This document shows positions 15,872 through 24,869 of a DNA stretch of 48,993 nt, in pieces (the first letter of the stretch is position 1; each line of letters begins with the position of its first letter). A model generated the notes under the pieces. It ran no database searches, was not told the DNA's origin, and worked only from the letters and a program-made list of their open reading frames with translations. Origin of the DNA: Victivallis vadensis (GTDB lineage: Bacteria; Verrucomicrobiota; Lentisphaeria; Victivallales; GWF2-50-93). A program made the position numbers and the translations under genes. Location of the stretch: positions 1 to 48,993 of the forward strand of contig DYRX01000001.1 of the NCBI GenBank assembly GCA_020718525.1. The letters run 5' to 3'.

Positions 15872-17461
15872 TCATTCCCCGATATTTAGCTTTTGCCAAC
15901 GGGCTTCGGAAGATGCACCCTTGAGAGTGAGCTTGTATGGAGAACCGAGCGGATTTGCCATTTTCGCCCTGTTTGGATACGATACAGCGCCCGAGCTGTC
16001 TCTTGACGCCGAATTCCACTTTTTCATCAGATCCGTGGATTTTCCGTCAGGAAAAAAGCATGACTGCGGGATGACGGATCTTGACACCGAGGGGCTGGCC
16101 CATTCGAGTTTGCAGAGGGTGAAATGCAGAACCTCGGCAAGGGCGACTTTGATGTCATATTTCTCTCCAGCCTTAAGCTTGACATTGGTCTTTTCGTATT
16201 CTGTTGGCGGCTGTTCCTTCCACCCGTCAATTATAAGATTGCCATTTAGCCAGAGGCGGATGCCGTCGTCGCCTTTGAGATAGAATGTGTATGTATCGGT
16301 CTTTTGAGGAACAAGAGTGCCTGTCCAAATGACTGTCATCAGATTTTCGGGTGTGTTCTCGTGGGGTTTTTCGGTTCGCCAGTCGAAATCAATCTGCGGA
16401 TCAACTCTTGTGAAAGTTGCGCCTTTGGCGGTCATTGTGCTGAAATAGGATGCGTAGAGGCCGCCAAGCCAGTCTCCGCTGTTGCCGGTGTCGCTGTCAT
16501 TGAAATAGGGATGGAACGCCCTGGCCTTTATTGTTGACGCTTTTTCGAGCTTGATCGGAGCGCTGTAGAGCTCGGAGTTTTCATTTGGCTCAGATCCGTC
16601 GCAGGAAAAGCGTATCTCGGAGTCTTCAGTCGCACAGGAGACTGTGATTTCCATTCCGGGCTCGAATTTGACGCCGTCGGGTTCGAAGCTTGGCGTGGCG
16701 CATTTTGGTCTTAAGAATCGCTCGTTGATGCGGTCAAGTCGTTTTTTCTCGGCGGCGGCGATCTTCGCCAGTTCAGCTTCGAGCTCTTTCTTCTGCCATA
16801 TTTGTCCGTTGTGCACAGCCAGATCCTGCCGTGATCGTATGGATTTTTCAAGGAGTCCATTCATTGCATCCTGTCCTTCGGCCTGGAGGGGGAGGGCGGC
16901 GGAATATGTTTTCCTGATTTCTTCGAGGCATGTTTTTTTCAGTTCGGGGTCGCCTATTTTCTGCACCCAGAATGAAATGAGCTTTTCATTGATCGCCGGA
17001 TATTTTGTGTGAATTTCTTCTTTGAGCTCCTTCATGAAACGAAGCTTCTCGTCGTTGTACTTGTTCTTTTCTATTCTTATAATCTGCTTCCTGCGCTCCT
17101 CGTTTTTTTTCGGATCGAGATGGTCGAAGAACGCCGGATCAACGTCAACGACCGGCACGCCTGTCGTCCCGACTCTTATTGTGCGCGAGTCGTGTCCGAG
17201 AAGTTTGCCTTTCGCTATTTTTCCTCTGTAAACTACGGATATCTCCTGTCCTTTTTCGTAGAGGGGACATTCGGTTTCGGATTTTTTCTTCGCTGCATCC
17301 TCGTCAAACGGAGGGTACGTGTCGAGTTTTTGCCTGTAGACGGCTTCTCCCTCGGGAGCGAGGTCGGAGAGCTTCTGTCCAATCAGCCCAAGGGGGAGCG
17401 AAATGGCGGCGAGCGCAAGAACGAGGCGGATTCGTGAAGAGCGTAGGAAAAAAGAACCCAT
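15872..17461 (-). CDS. secreted PA14-domain protein with Fn3-associated (chitobiase C-terminal-like) module
   Basis: Signal peptide present. EITVSCATEDSEIRFSCDGSEPNENSELYSAPIKL is the Fn3-associated motif. PA14 signature: GLYASYF..DFDW..VIWTGTLVPQKTDTYTFYLKGDDGIRLWLNGNLIIDGW. An AGGAGG SD sits in the 11-nt gap upstream. Confidence 0.75.
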   Translation of the reverse strand: MGSFFLRSSRIRLVLALAAISLPLGLIGQKLSDLAPEGEAVYRQKLDTYPPFDEDAAKKKSETECPLYEKGQEISVVYRGKIAKGKLLGHDSRTIRVGTTGVPVVDVDPAFFDHLDPKKNEERRKQIIRIEKNKYNDEKLRFMKELKEEIHTKYPAINEKLISFWVQKIGDPELKKTCLEEIRKTYSAALPLQAEGQDAMNGLLEKSIRSRQDLAVHNGQIWQKKELEAELAKIAAAEKKRLDRINERFLRPKCATPSFEPDGVKFEPGMEITVSCATEDSEIRFSCDGSEPNENSELYSAPIKLEKASTIKARAFHPYFNDSDTGNSGDWLGGLYASYFSTMTAKGATFTRVDPQIDFDWRTEKPHENTPENLMTVIWTGTLVPQKTDTYTFYLKGDDGIRLWLNGNLIIDGWKEQPPTEYEKTNVKLKAGEKYDIKVALAEVLHFTLCKLEWASPSVSRSVIPQSCFFPDGKSTDLMKKWNSASRDSSGAVSYPNRAKMANPLGSPYKLTLKGASSEARWQKLNIGE

Positions 17462-17472
17462 TGTCCCTCCTG

Positions 17473-19404
17473 CTATGCGTTTTCGTTGAAGGTGAGTTCC
17501 TCGCCGGTGCGGACAAGTCTTGCGCTGTTGAAAATGATTATGATGGTGCTTGCCGTGTGGAGAATTGCGGCGGCGATCGGCGGCATCCAGCCGAATACGG
17601 AAAGGCTTATTCCGCCTATGATGAACAGGAAGCCCAGAAAAATGTTCTGGGCGATGATTGCGCTTGACTTGCGCGCAAGAACAATCAGCATGGGGACTCT
17701 ACGCAAGTCGTTTGTCATCAATGCTATAGAGGCGCTGTCAATGGCAATGTCGCTTCCTATCGCACCCATTGCAATTCCAAGGTCGCCCGCTGTAAGCGCA
17801 GGGGCGTCGTTCACTCCATCGCCCACCACTGCGACATGTGAGATTTTCTTCATTTCCTTTACGTACCTGACCTTGTCGTCTGGGAGACACTGGGATCTGA
17901 AGTCACCGATGCCGAGGCTTCTCGCCACGATTTCCGCGACTGAATTTCTGTCTCCAGTGACCATGGAGCAGTTTTTGACGCCTATGTCGAAGAGTCCGCG
18001 TATTGCGTCGTGAGCCTCTTTGCGGACCGTGTCCTTAAAACCGATCCAGCCGATGTTTCGTCCGCCTTTGGAGACATGCACAACGCTCATGACGACATCC
18101 TCGACATCTGTTCCGGGACCTGAGATTGGCGAAGACGATTCGTGAAATTTTTCAACCCACTCCTTTCGACCGATTCTGCAGAGTTCGCCTTTGTAGTCTG
18201 CGCTGACGCCTTTTCCGTGTTCTTCTGCGAAATCGGCGACATCGTCAATTTTGAGACCAGCCTCGGCGGCAAGCTGCTGAAGGGCCTTTGCGGTCGGGTG
18301 ATTGCTGTGCTGTTCGACTGAAGCCGCGATTTTCAGCAGTTCGGCGGGCTGGATGCCTTCGGCTGGTTCAAGTCTGGCGACGGAAAGCTTACCCTCAGTC
18401 AAAGTTCCGGTCTTGTCGAATATCACGGTTCTGATTTTTGCCGCCATTTCGAGATATGAGACGTCTTTTATGAGAATTCCTAGTCTGGCGGCGGCGGCGA
18501 GAGACGCGACGATTGCCGAAGGAGATGCCAGAACAAGCGCACAGGGGCAGGATATGACCAGAATGGCGATCACATTCTCCATTTTTCCCATGAAAAGCCA
18601 GGTGAGTCCGGCGATCATGAGAATCGTCGGCGTATAGAATCCGGCGTATTTGTCTATAAGGCGAATGATGGGGGGGCGACTGCTCTCGGCCGCGAGAATC
18701 AGATCCTGGATTTTGCCAAGTGTCGTGTCGCGTCCAGCCTTGGTGACCTCGATCTCAATGGCGCCTGTCATGTTTTGAGTGCCTGCAAAGACGTCATTTC
18801 CGCATTCCTTTTCTACAGGGAGAGATTCGCCCGTGATTGATGCCTGATTGACTGTGCTGTTGCCTTTTCTGACGACACCGTCAACGGGAAAATTTTCTCC
18901 GGGGCGGATTCGTATGAGATCGCCGACTTTGAGGCTTGCGACATCCGTTTCTATCTCCTGCCCGTCCTCGACTTTTCTTGCGACATGCGGCATGAGCCTG
19001 ATAATTTTCTCGATTGATTTCTGTGCGCCGCTGGCAGTTTTAGTCTCGATGATCACCGAGAGGAGGAGGAAGAAGGAGATGATTCCGGCAGTTCTGAAGT
19101 CGCCTCCTGCCATTGCGGCAAGAACGGCAAGGGAAACCAGCTCGTTCATGTGGATGAGGCCTTTTGCCAGGTCGAAGACTGCAACTTTGAAAAGGGGGAA
19201 CGCCATTATTAGCGCCCCTGCCATGGCGCTGAGATCGGCGGCAAGCGTCTGATCCGGCTGGAGCCAGTTCAGCAAATAGGAGTTGACAATGAAAAACGCT
19301 CCTACGAGAGCGGTACCAAGACGCCCCAGGCTTCTCGGATGCCCGGGATCTTCGGAATCATGGTCGTGCGAATGGCCGCAAAGGCAGACTTTCTTGTCTG
19401 ACAT
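17473..19404 (-). CDS. heavy-metal translocating P1B-type ATPase (Zn/Cd/Co-type), no HMA domain, His-rich N-terminus
   Basis: Motifs: TGES, CPC (ISCPCALVLASP), DKTGTLT and GDGVNDAPAL. The N-terminus reads CLCGHSHDHDSEDPGHP. Confidence 0.9.
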   Translation of the reverse strand: MSDKKVCLCGHSHDHDSEDPGHPRSLGRLGTALVGAFFIVNSYLLNWLQPDQTLAADLSAMAGALIMAFPLFKVAVFDLAKGLIHMNELVSLAVLAAMAGGDFRTAGIISFFLLLSVIIETKTASGAQKSIEKIIRLMPHVARKVEDGQEIETDVASLKVGDLIRIRPGENFPVDGVVRKGNSTVNQASITGESLPVEKECGNDVFAGTQNMTGAIEIEVTKAGRDTTLGKIQDLILAAESSRPPIIRLIDKYAGFYTPTILMIAGLTWLFMGKMENVIAILVISCPCALVLASPSAIVASLAAAARLGILIKDVSYLEMAAKIRTVIFDKTGTLTEGKLSVARLEPAEGIQPAELLKIAASVEQHSNHPTAKALQQLAAEAGLKIDDVADFAEEHGKGVSADYKGELCRIGRKEWVEKFHESSSPISGPGTDVEDVVMSVVHVSKGGRNIGWIGFKDTVRKEAHDAIRGLFDIGVKNCSMVTGDRNSVAEIVARSLGIGDFRSQCLPDDKVRYVKEMKKISHVAVVGDGVNDAPALTAGDLGIAMGAIGSDIAIDSASIALMTNDLRRVPMLIVLARKSSAIIAQNIFLGFLFIIGGISLSVFGWMPPIAAAILHTASTIIIIFNSARLVRTGEELTFNENA

Positions 19405-20558
19405 CAGTTCTCTCCCGCTTTCTTTTCGGCGCCGTCTTTTTTGTAGTCGGGTTCCGGACTCAGCATTATTCTCAGCTCCTGGGTTTCATTTGAGTGCACA
19501 TCGGGAACGATGTATTTGTCTTTTACATCCCGGAGCAGGGAAACCAAGGTCTCGGAGTAGAGCGGTATGATTACAGACTCGGGATTTTTCCTGTATTCGA
19601 CGAGGATTTTTTCGAAGTACTTGGACTCCGACTCGATTTCGGAGACTGTCCTGCTTCTATAAACTTCGGCATCAACGATTATTTCGCGGCTTTCGGTTTC
19701 CGATTCCTGAGCGGATTTGAAGGAGTAGTTGATAGCCTTCAGCTTTGCGCTGGAGCTCTCCTGCTCGGCGTTGATCACGTCATGGAAGGCGGAAACTGTG
19801 CTGAATGGAGGAGTCTTCGATTTGAGGACGGCGGAACTGAGCTCGACTCCCGCATTTAATGCCTGGAATGCGGAGGCGATTCTGCGGCTCACGTCCTCTT
19901 GGTAGCCTGTCACATCCTTGTAGAGCGTGTTCTCCACTTTTTGAACCGCTGTCGCCTTGATGATTTCATTCTCGACAATAGAAGCCAGGGTCGTCCGCGG
20001 TCCGCGCGTTCCTGCAGATCTTCCGTCGTCCCTCAAGACAGGCTCGTCCTCGGAGCGTGGATCCTGGGGGCAGAACAGCTTGCTGTAGTATGCGAGAGGA
20101 TCTTTCACTTCATAGACTATTTCCCATTCGGTGTGGACGATGTTTGCATCGCCAGTGAGAAGCGAGCCGTCACGTCCGGGCATGATGGGCACCGCCATTT
20201 TGCTGAGGGCATCCTGCTCGTCGGTCATTGAGACATCTGGATTGGGCCAGAAATTTTTTATCTGCATGACCTGCCTGCTGGTTGGGATTCTTACAATTCT
20301 GCTGACGGGATACGGGAAAGCCCAGTGCCAGTCTTCGGTGAAGACTTCGCTTATTTTTCCGAATCTGAGAAGGATCACAGCCTCCTGCGGGTCGACAGTG
20401 AAATATCCGAGGAAGGTGAAATACCAGGCGACAGTCCCCATGACGAAGAGCGTGAGCAGGGCGACGACGTATCGAAAGGATCTTGCCAGCGCGTTCAGGC
20501 CGGAGCCGATTCCGCTCTCCCTTTCCAAGGACTCTTTTTCGTTGTTTTCCAAAATCAT
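19404..20558 (-). CDS. SPFH/band-7 protein, HflK-like
   Basis: 384 aa with a single N-terminal TM and an SPFH core (VDPQEAVILLRFGKISEVF..). Its stop TGA (19406-19404) shares one nt with the ATPase ATG. Confidence 0.7.
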   Translation of the reverse strand: MILENNEKESLERESGIGSGLNALARSFRYVVALLTLFVMGTVAWYFTFLGYFTVDPQEAVILLRFGKISEVFTEDWHWAFPYPVSRIVRIPTSRQVMQIKNFWPNPDVSMTDEQDALSKMAVPIMPGRDGSLLTGDANIVHTEWEIVYEVKDPLAYYSKLFCPQDPRSEDEPVLRDDGRSAGTRGPRTTLASIVENEIIKATAVQKVENTLYKDVTGYQEDVSRRIASAFQALNAGVELSSAVLKSKTPPFSTVSAFHDVINAEQESSSAKLKAINYSFKSAQESETESREIIVDAEVYRSRTVSEIESESKYFEKILVEYRKNPESVIIPLYSETLVSLLRDVKDKYIVPDVHSNETQELRIMLSPEPDYKKDGAEKKAGEN

Positions 20559-20592
20559 TTTCTCTCTTTCCGCTGTGACGGAGGAATTTTAG

Positions 20593-21570
20593 CTACTTTG
20601 ATGTTCCCGGCGCATCGTCATTCTTGAGCGGTGCCTTCAGCCCCATCGCCGGATCGTCCATGTTCAGGAGATCGAATGGCGGATAGCGCGTATTGAGGAT
20701 GAGTGTCGTTTTCTTGGGCATGATTTTGCGCAGTGAGTCGAGTTTTCTGAGGAAGTCCGCGAGAGCCGGATCCTGCTTGAATACAGAGTAGTAGGAGGCG
20801 GCCTTTGCATCGCCCTCGGCTCGTATGCGCTTTGCCTCAGCTTCCGCGTCGGCAATCTTGAGTTTCTTCTTGTTGTCCGCCTCGTTTATGATCTGCTTGG
20901 AGATGTTTTCGCCCTGCGAACGGTAGTGCTGAGCGACTATAGCCCTCTCCTCCTTCATCCTTTCAAAAACTTTTTCGGAAGTTTTTTCAGGCACTGCAAC
21001 TTGTTTGAATCCTATCTCTTCGACCGCGATGCCGTAGTCCTTCAGCGCGCTGTCCTTCACTCCGGCAAGAATTTCCTTCTCTATCTCGGAGATCTTCATC
21101 TTCTTCGGATCCGTGTTGATGAATTCGTCGAACTTGTACTTGCCAACAATCGCGTTTCTGACGCTTCTGACAAGGGAATTGAGCCTGTCTTCGGCGGAAA
21201 TAAATGTGCCGACATTTTTATAGAGAACGTCCGGTCTTTCGATTTTGTAGAGGCAATATGTGCTGATAATGAGATTTTTGGCATCCGCCGTGTAGGTTTC
21301 TTCGATTTTTCCGCTAGAGCCGGCAAAACAGCGCAGGCGATTGTCGAATTTTATGACCTTCTGTATCGGATAGGGCCATTTGAAATGGAGACCGGCTTCC
21401 TTTATTCCGCTTATTTTACCGAAAGTGGTCAGAACTGCGGTTTCAGTTGAATCCACCTGATAGCAGAATATCGCCGCCAAAAAAATCGTCAGCACCAACA
21501 ATCCCAAAAATAGCGATGGGATATGGCTGACTGCACCAGTTTTTTCAATTTCATGCTTGTGTTCGCTCAT
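20593..21570 (-). CDS. SPFH/band-7 protein, HflC-like
   Basis: 325 aa with an N-terminal TM, an SPFH core (VDSTETAVLTTFGKISGIKEAGLHFKWPYPIQKV) and a coiled-coil tail (ADAEAEAKRIRAEGDAKAA). Confidence 0.8.
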   Translation of the reverse strand: MSEHKHEIEKTGAVSHIPSLFLGLLVLTIFLAAIFCYQVDSTETAVLTTFGKISGIKEAGLHFKWPYPIQKVIKFDNRLRCFAGSSGKIEETYTADAKNLIISTYCLYKIERPDVLYKNVGTFISAEDRLNSLVRSVRNAIVGKYKFDEFINTDPKKMKISEIEKEILAGVKDSALKDYGIAVEEIGFKQVAVPEKTSEKVFERMKEERAIVAQHYRSQGENISKQIINEADNKKKLKIADAEAEAKRIRAEGDAKAASYYSVFKQDPALADFLRKLDSLRKIMPKKTTLILNTRYPPFDLLNMDDPAMGLKAPLKNDDAPGTSK

Positions 21571-21585
21571 ATTTTCGACTCCGTT

Positions 21586-23505
21586 TTATTTTTTCGTGCC
21601 GGAACTTCCGCCAGAGATGTCCACCAAATCCGCCTCCATCAGATCCAGCCGCGCCTTTTCCTCGAAATTAAGGATGAAGACGTTGTGCGGTATGGAACTC
21701 GCTATGACGAGCTTTCTTATCATCTTGCAGTCGTTCTCGAAGAAGTCCAGATAATGTCTGAGTCTGAACATCTGGGGCATGCGCCTGTAGGCATCAAGCT
21801 GTTTGAGGAAACGGGCATTCTCGGCTTCTGCAAGCTTCTCAGCGTTGGTCGCTCCAGTCTTGCTGTCGAGAATGATCCTGGCGACCTCGCTTTCGATCTC
21901 GTTGGCAAGTTTGGACTCGTATTTTTTGGCGGAAAGAATCTTTGTCTCCTTCTCTTCCAGTGCGCCGACGACCTCCTGAAACGACGGGGCGACCTGTTCA
22001 GTTGGCGGATGCGAATCGAGAAAATTCAGGGAAACAATTTCCACGCCCAGCTTCAGCCTGTCGCAAGCGCCTTGGAGAATTCTATGGAGATCTCCGATCA
22101 TCATGCTTCTGTCAAGCGACATCGCCTTTATGATGTCAACCGACGCGAGATACTTGCCAATTTCCTGTTCTGCAAGATCCTTGAGAATCTCAGGGCTGTC
22201 TCTGTGCATGTAGGCGTAGTCAATGAGCCCGCCTTCCTTTATCTTGAACTGGATTGGAAACGCCGCAGCCAAGAATGAGACCGGGGCATCGTCTCCTGAG
22301 ACCTCCTTCGCTGAAGCCACAAGGAAGCGAGGCTCCTTCGCGTAATGCTGTTTTGTCCAGAGAATCACCTCGGGAAGCTCCTTCCTGCCCTTTTCCTCCT
22401 TGAATTCGGGTCCAATGACAATCTCCTGAATTTTACGGACTGGGAATCTTGATATTTTTTCGACAGGCCAAGGCGCTTTGAAATGGATTCCCGGCTGAAG
22501 AAGAGGTGAATCCTGGCGCTTTCCGAAAAATTCCCTGACGCCCACTTCGTCGGTTTTCACTTCGACGATGCTGGTGAAAAGCCAGAGCGCGCCAAGCCAG
22601 ACGAGCAAAATTGGAACAAGAGCCGACTCGGCGAAATTGAAGAGCTCCCTGCGCCCGACGCGGAAGCCGAACTGATACTCGAGCGTGTCAAAAAGCCCCT
22701 TGGCCAGCCCGCCAGGATCCGATGCTATGGAAAGAAGCCTGCTCTCGAAAAACAAAGAATCGTCTCCTGCCCGCTTCGGGCGGTAGAACTCGACAATGAA
22801 GTTCAACAGCAGTTCGGCGGCAAGAATCACATATACGATCAGAAGGAACTTTGCCGTCCTGCCGTCCCAGGCGGTGTAGGCGAACTTGGAGAGAAGAATG
22901 GAGAGAGATACGAGCATTCCCATGCCAAAGACGGCGACGAGCCAGCTTCCGGCCGGACGCAGGGTTCTGAACGATCTGGACTTCGACTGGCCAACAAGAA
23001 AAATTCCTGCGAAGAGCGAAACTATGGAAAGCAGAGCCGATGCGAATGCGCATTGCAGAGCGTTGCGGGGCTCCAGAGGCTTCAGCCTCGCACCCCAATG
23101 CTTCCAAAATAGATAGGAGAGGCCGAGGAGCGCGATGAACTCCGCCAGCGCAATCGCGTAGGGAGAATATTTCTTGTATAGCCTCAATGCCCTCTGAGAA
23201 AGGAAAAGCGCGTCCACGTCCGCGTCAAGCGCCATCTTTTCGCGCCTCTTCTCGATGGCAACCCTCTCCTCCTCCTCCTTGGAGGAATTCTCCTCGAAAT
23301 GTCCAATGATGGCGGAATTGATCAAAAGCAGGAAGGCTACAATAAAGGGGATAGAGAGGGCGGCGAAGGAGTCGAATGCGACTAGTCCCGAACTCCAGGT
23401 GAAAAAGACCAGGCCTGCTGACAGCAGTGAAAGGATGGCGCATACGACCGAAAGCTTCCTGAGCAGTCTAGACTCCTCGCTCCAAATTTGAAGATTTCTG
23501 TCCAT
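21586..23505 (-). CDS. polytopic membrane protein (about 7 TM) with C-terminal SPFH/HflK-like domain
   Basis: 639 aa. Multiple hydrophobic helices occupy the first 315 aa. Then VKTDEVGVREFFGKRQDSPLLQPGIHFKAPWPVEKI, an SPFH core, and a coiled-coil tail. Confidence 0.7.
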   Translation of the reverse strand: MDRNLQIWSEESRLLRKLSVVCAILSLLSAGLVFFTWSSGLVAFDSFAALSIPFIVAFLLLINSAIIGHFEENSSKEEEERVAIEKRREKMALDADVDALFLSQRALRLYKKYSPYAIALAEFIALLGLSYLFWKHWGARLKPLEPRNALQCAFASALLSIVSLFAGIFLVGQSKSRSFRTLRPAGSWLVAVFGMGMLVSLSILLSKFAYTAWDGRTAKFLLIVYVILAAELLLNFIVEFYRPKRAGDDSLFFESRLLSIASDPGGLAKGLFDTLEYQFGFRVGRRELFNFAESALVPILLVWLGALWLFTSIVEVKTDEVGVREFFGKRQDSPLLQPGIHFKAPWPVEKISRFPVRKIQEIVIGPEFKEEKGRKELPEVILWTKQHYAKEPRFLVASAKEVSGDDAPVSFLAAAFPIQFKIKEGGLIDYAYMHRDSPEILKDLAEQEIGKYLASVDIIKAMSLDRSMMIGDLHRILQGACDRLKLGVEIVSLNFLDSHPPTEQVAPSFQEVVGALEEKETKILSAKKYESKLANEIESEVARIILDSKTGATNAEKLAEAENARFLKQLDAYRRMPQMFRLRHYLDFFENDCKMIRKLVIASSIPHNVFILNFEEKARLDLMEADLVDISGGSSGTKK

Positions 23506-23739
23506 AAGCCCCTTATAAGTTCCTGCAACAAAGAGACACGCCCCGCCCGCAAGGACACGGATGCATACAAATTCACACGCCTACGCGCAAATTGCCTCGA
23601 AATATCGCATTGCAACGAAAAAAATCAATAGGAAAACTGAAATACGGCGTTTTATTTTTGAGATGCAGAGGACTTCGACGGACACCTCACTTAATAGAAC
23701 GTCAAACATTTTCCTGCCAGATCGTTTTATTGGCGGGAA

Positions 23740-24672
23740 TCAGACTGCACCTGGCAATGACTGTTTGCATGGGGTGGACCGATCGCCAAGCTCAAACTGT
23801 AGCGTGGCATGGCATATTCCAAAGCGTTCATGGAGTTCGTTGCTGATTTCAGCAAGAAGCGCATCGTCAACGACAGCGTCCGGCTTCACCAGGTGCGCTG
23901 TCAATGCCACTTCAGTCGTGCTTATGGCCCAGATATGCAGATCATGTACCGCACTGACCCCAGGAAGAGCTTCGAGGTAGGCGGCGACTTCAGCAGGCTG
24001 TATATTTTCTGGAACGGCATCAAGCGCAAGCCTGAGCGATTCGCGCAGAAGCCCCCAAGTTCCGAAGCCGATGACAAGAGATATTGCAAGGCTCACTGCG
24101 GGATCCAGGAAAAGCCATCCCGTGAGACTCATTGCAATTGCCGCGATGACGACTCCAAATGAGACTCCCGCATCTGCCGCCATATGCAGATAGGCGCCAC
24201 GGATATTTACGTCCTGCTCTTTGCCCGACATGAACATGTATGCTGTGAACCCGTTGACAAGGATTCCGACGGAGGCAACAACGATGACCGAAGCGCTCGC
24301 GACTGTTTCAGGATGAACAATTCTGAGGATGGATTCCCAGGCGATGCCACCAACGGCAAGGAGCAGGATAACACAATTAGCCAATGCCGCCAAAACAGAA
24401 CTTCGTCGCAGACCATAGGTGTAGCGCAACGTCGGATGCCTTTGAGCCAGGACGCTGGCGCCCCATGCCAGCAGAAGCCCAAAAACATCGCCGAGATTGT
24501 GTCCGGCATCCGCCAAGAGAGAAAGAGAATTGGAAAGTAGGGCAACAATAGCCTCAACTGCAACGAAAGCAACATTGATCCCGACTCCGACAGCAAAGGC
24601 GCGGTTAAAATTTTTGGGAGCATGACTGTGTCCAGATTCCTCTCCATCTGCGTGGGAATGACTGTGCCCCAT
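23740..24672 (-). CDS. cation diffusion facilitator (CDF) metal exporter, CzcD/ZitB-like
   Basis: His-rich N-terminus MGHSHSHADGEESGHSH. TM2 LLADAGHNLGD and TM5 HMAADAG metal-site motifs. The ATG at 24672 is preceded by AAGGAGG; the track ORF extends to 24738. Confidence 0.9.
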   Translation of the reverse strand: MGHSHSHADGEESGHSHAPKNFNRAFAVGVGINVAFVAVEAIVALLSNSLSLLADAGHNLGDVFGLLLAWGASVLAQRHPTLRYTYGLRRSSVLAALANCVILLLAVGGIAWESILRIVHPETVASASVIVVASVGILVNGFTAYMFMSGKEQDVNIRGAYLHMAADAGVSFGVVIAAIAMSLTGWLFLDPAVSLAISLVIGFGTWGLLRESLRLALDAVPENIQPAEVAAYLEALPGVSAVHDLHIWAISTTEVALTAHLVKPDAVVDDALLAEISNELHERFGICHATLQFELGDRSTPCKQSLPGAV

Positions 24673-24869
24673 TAGATGTCCTCCTTTTTTTGTAGAACTT
24701 GAGATTGCCAAACGAGTTATATTGAGACGGGATGTCAAGTGTTGAACTTTATCTCACACGAAGACAATAAGCGCCTGAAGCAAAGAAAAGCCTTGCCGGT
24801 TTGATACTCGCCCATTGTGGTGCATATAATACATGAAATAATCCAATTAAACACTGACAGACGGACAAA

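Noticed and set aside
23561-23980. Plus-strand 139-aa ORF spanning the SPFH-array leader and the 3' end of the CDF gene
   Set aside because: It is antisense to a well-supported CDF coding region for more than half its length. It has no motif and no SD.
24673-24869. Possible metal riboswitch (NiCo/czcD motif) or leader peptide upstream of the CDF gene, including a 26-codon sORF (24754..24834, MYYMHHNGRVSNRQGFSLLQALIVFV)
   Set aside because: I cannot recognise the conserved riboswitch core by eye. The only inverted repeat is 6 bp with a 32-nt spacer. The sORF has no SD. An Rfam/Infernal scan is needed, so it is kept only as a note.
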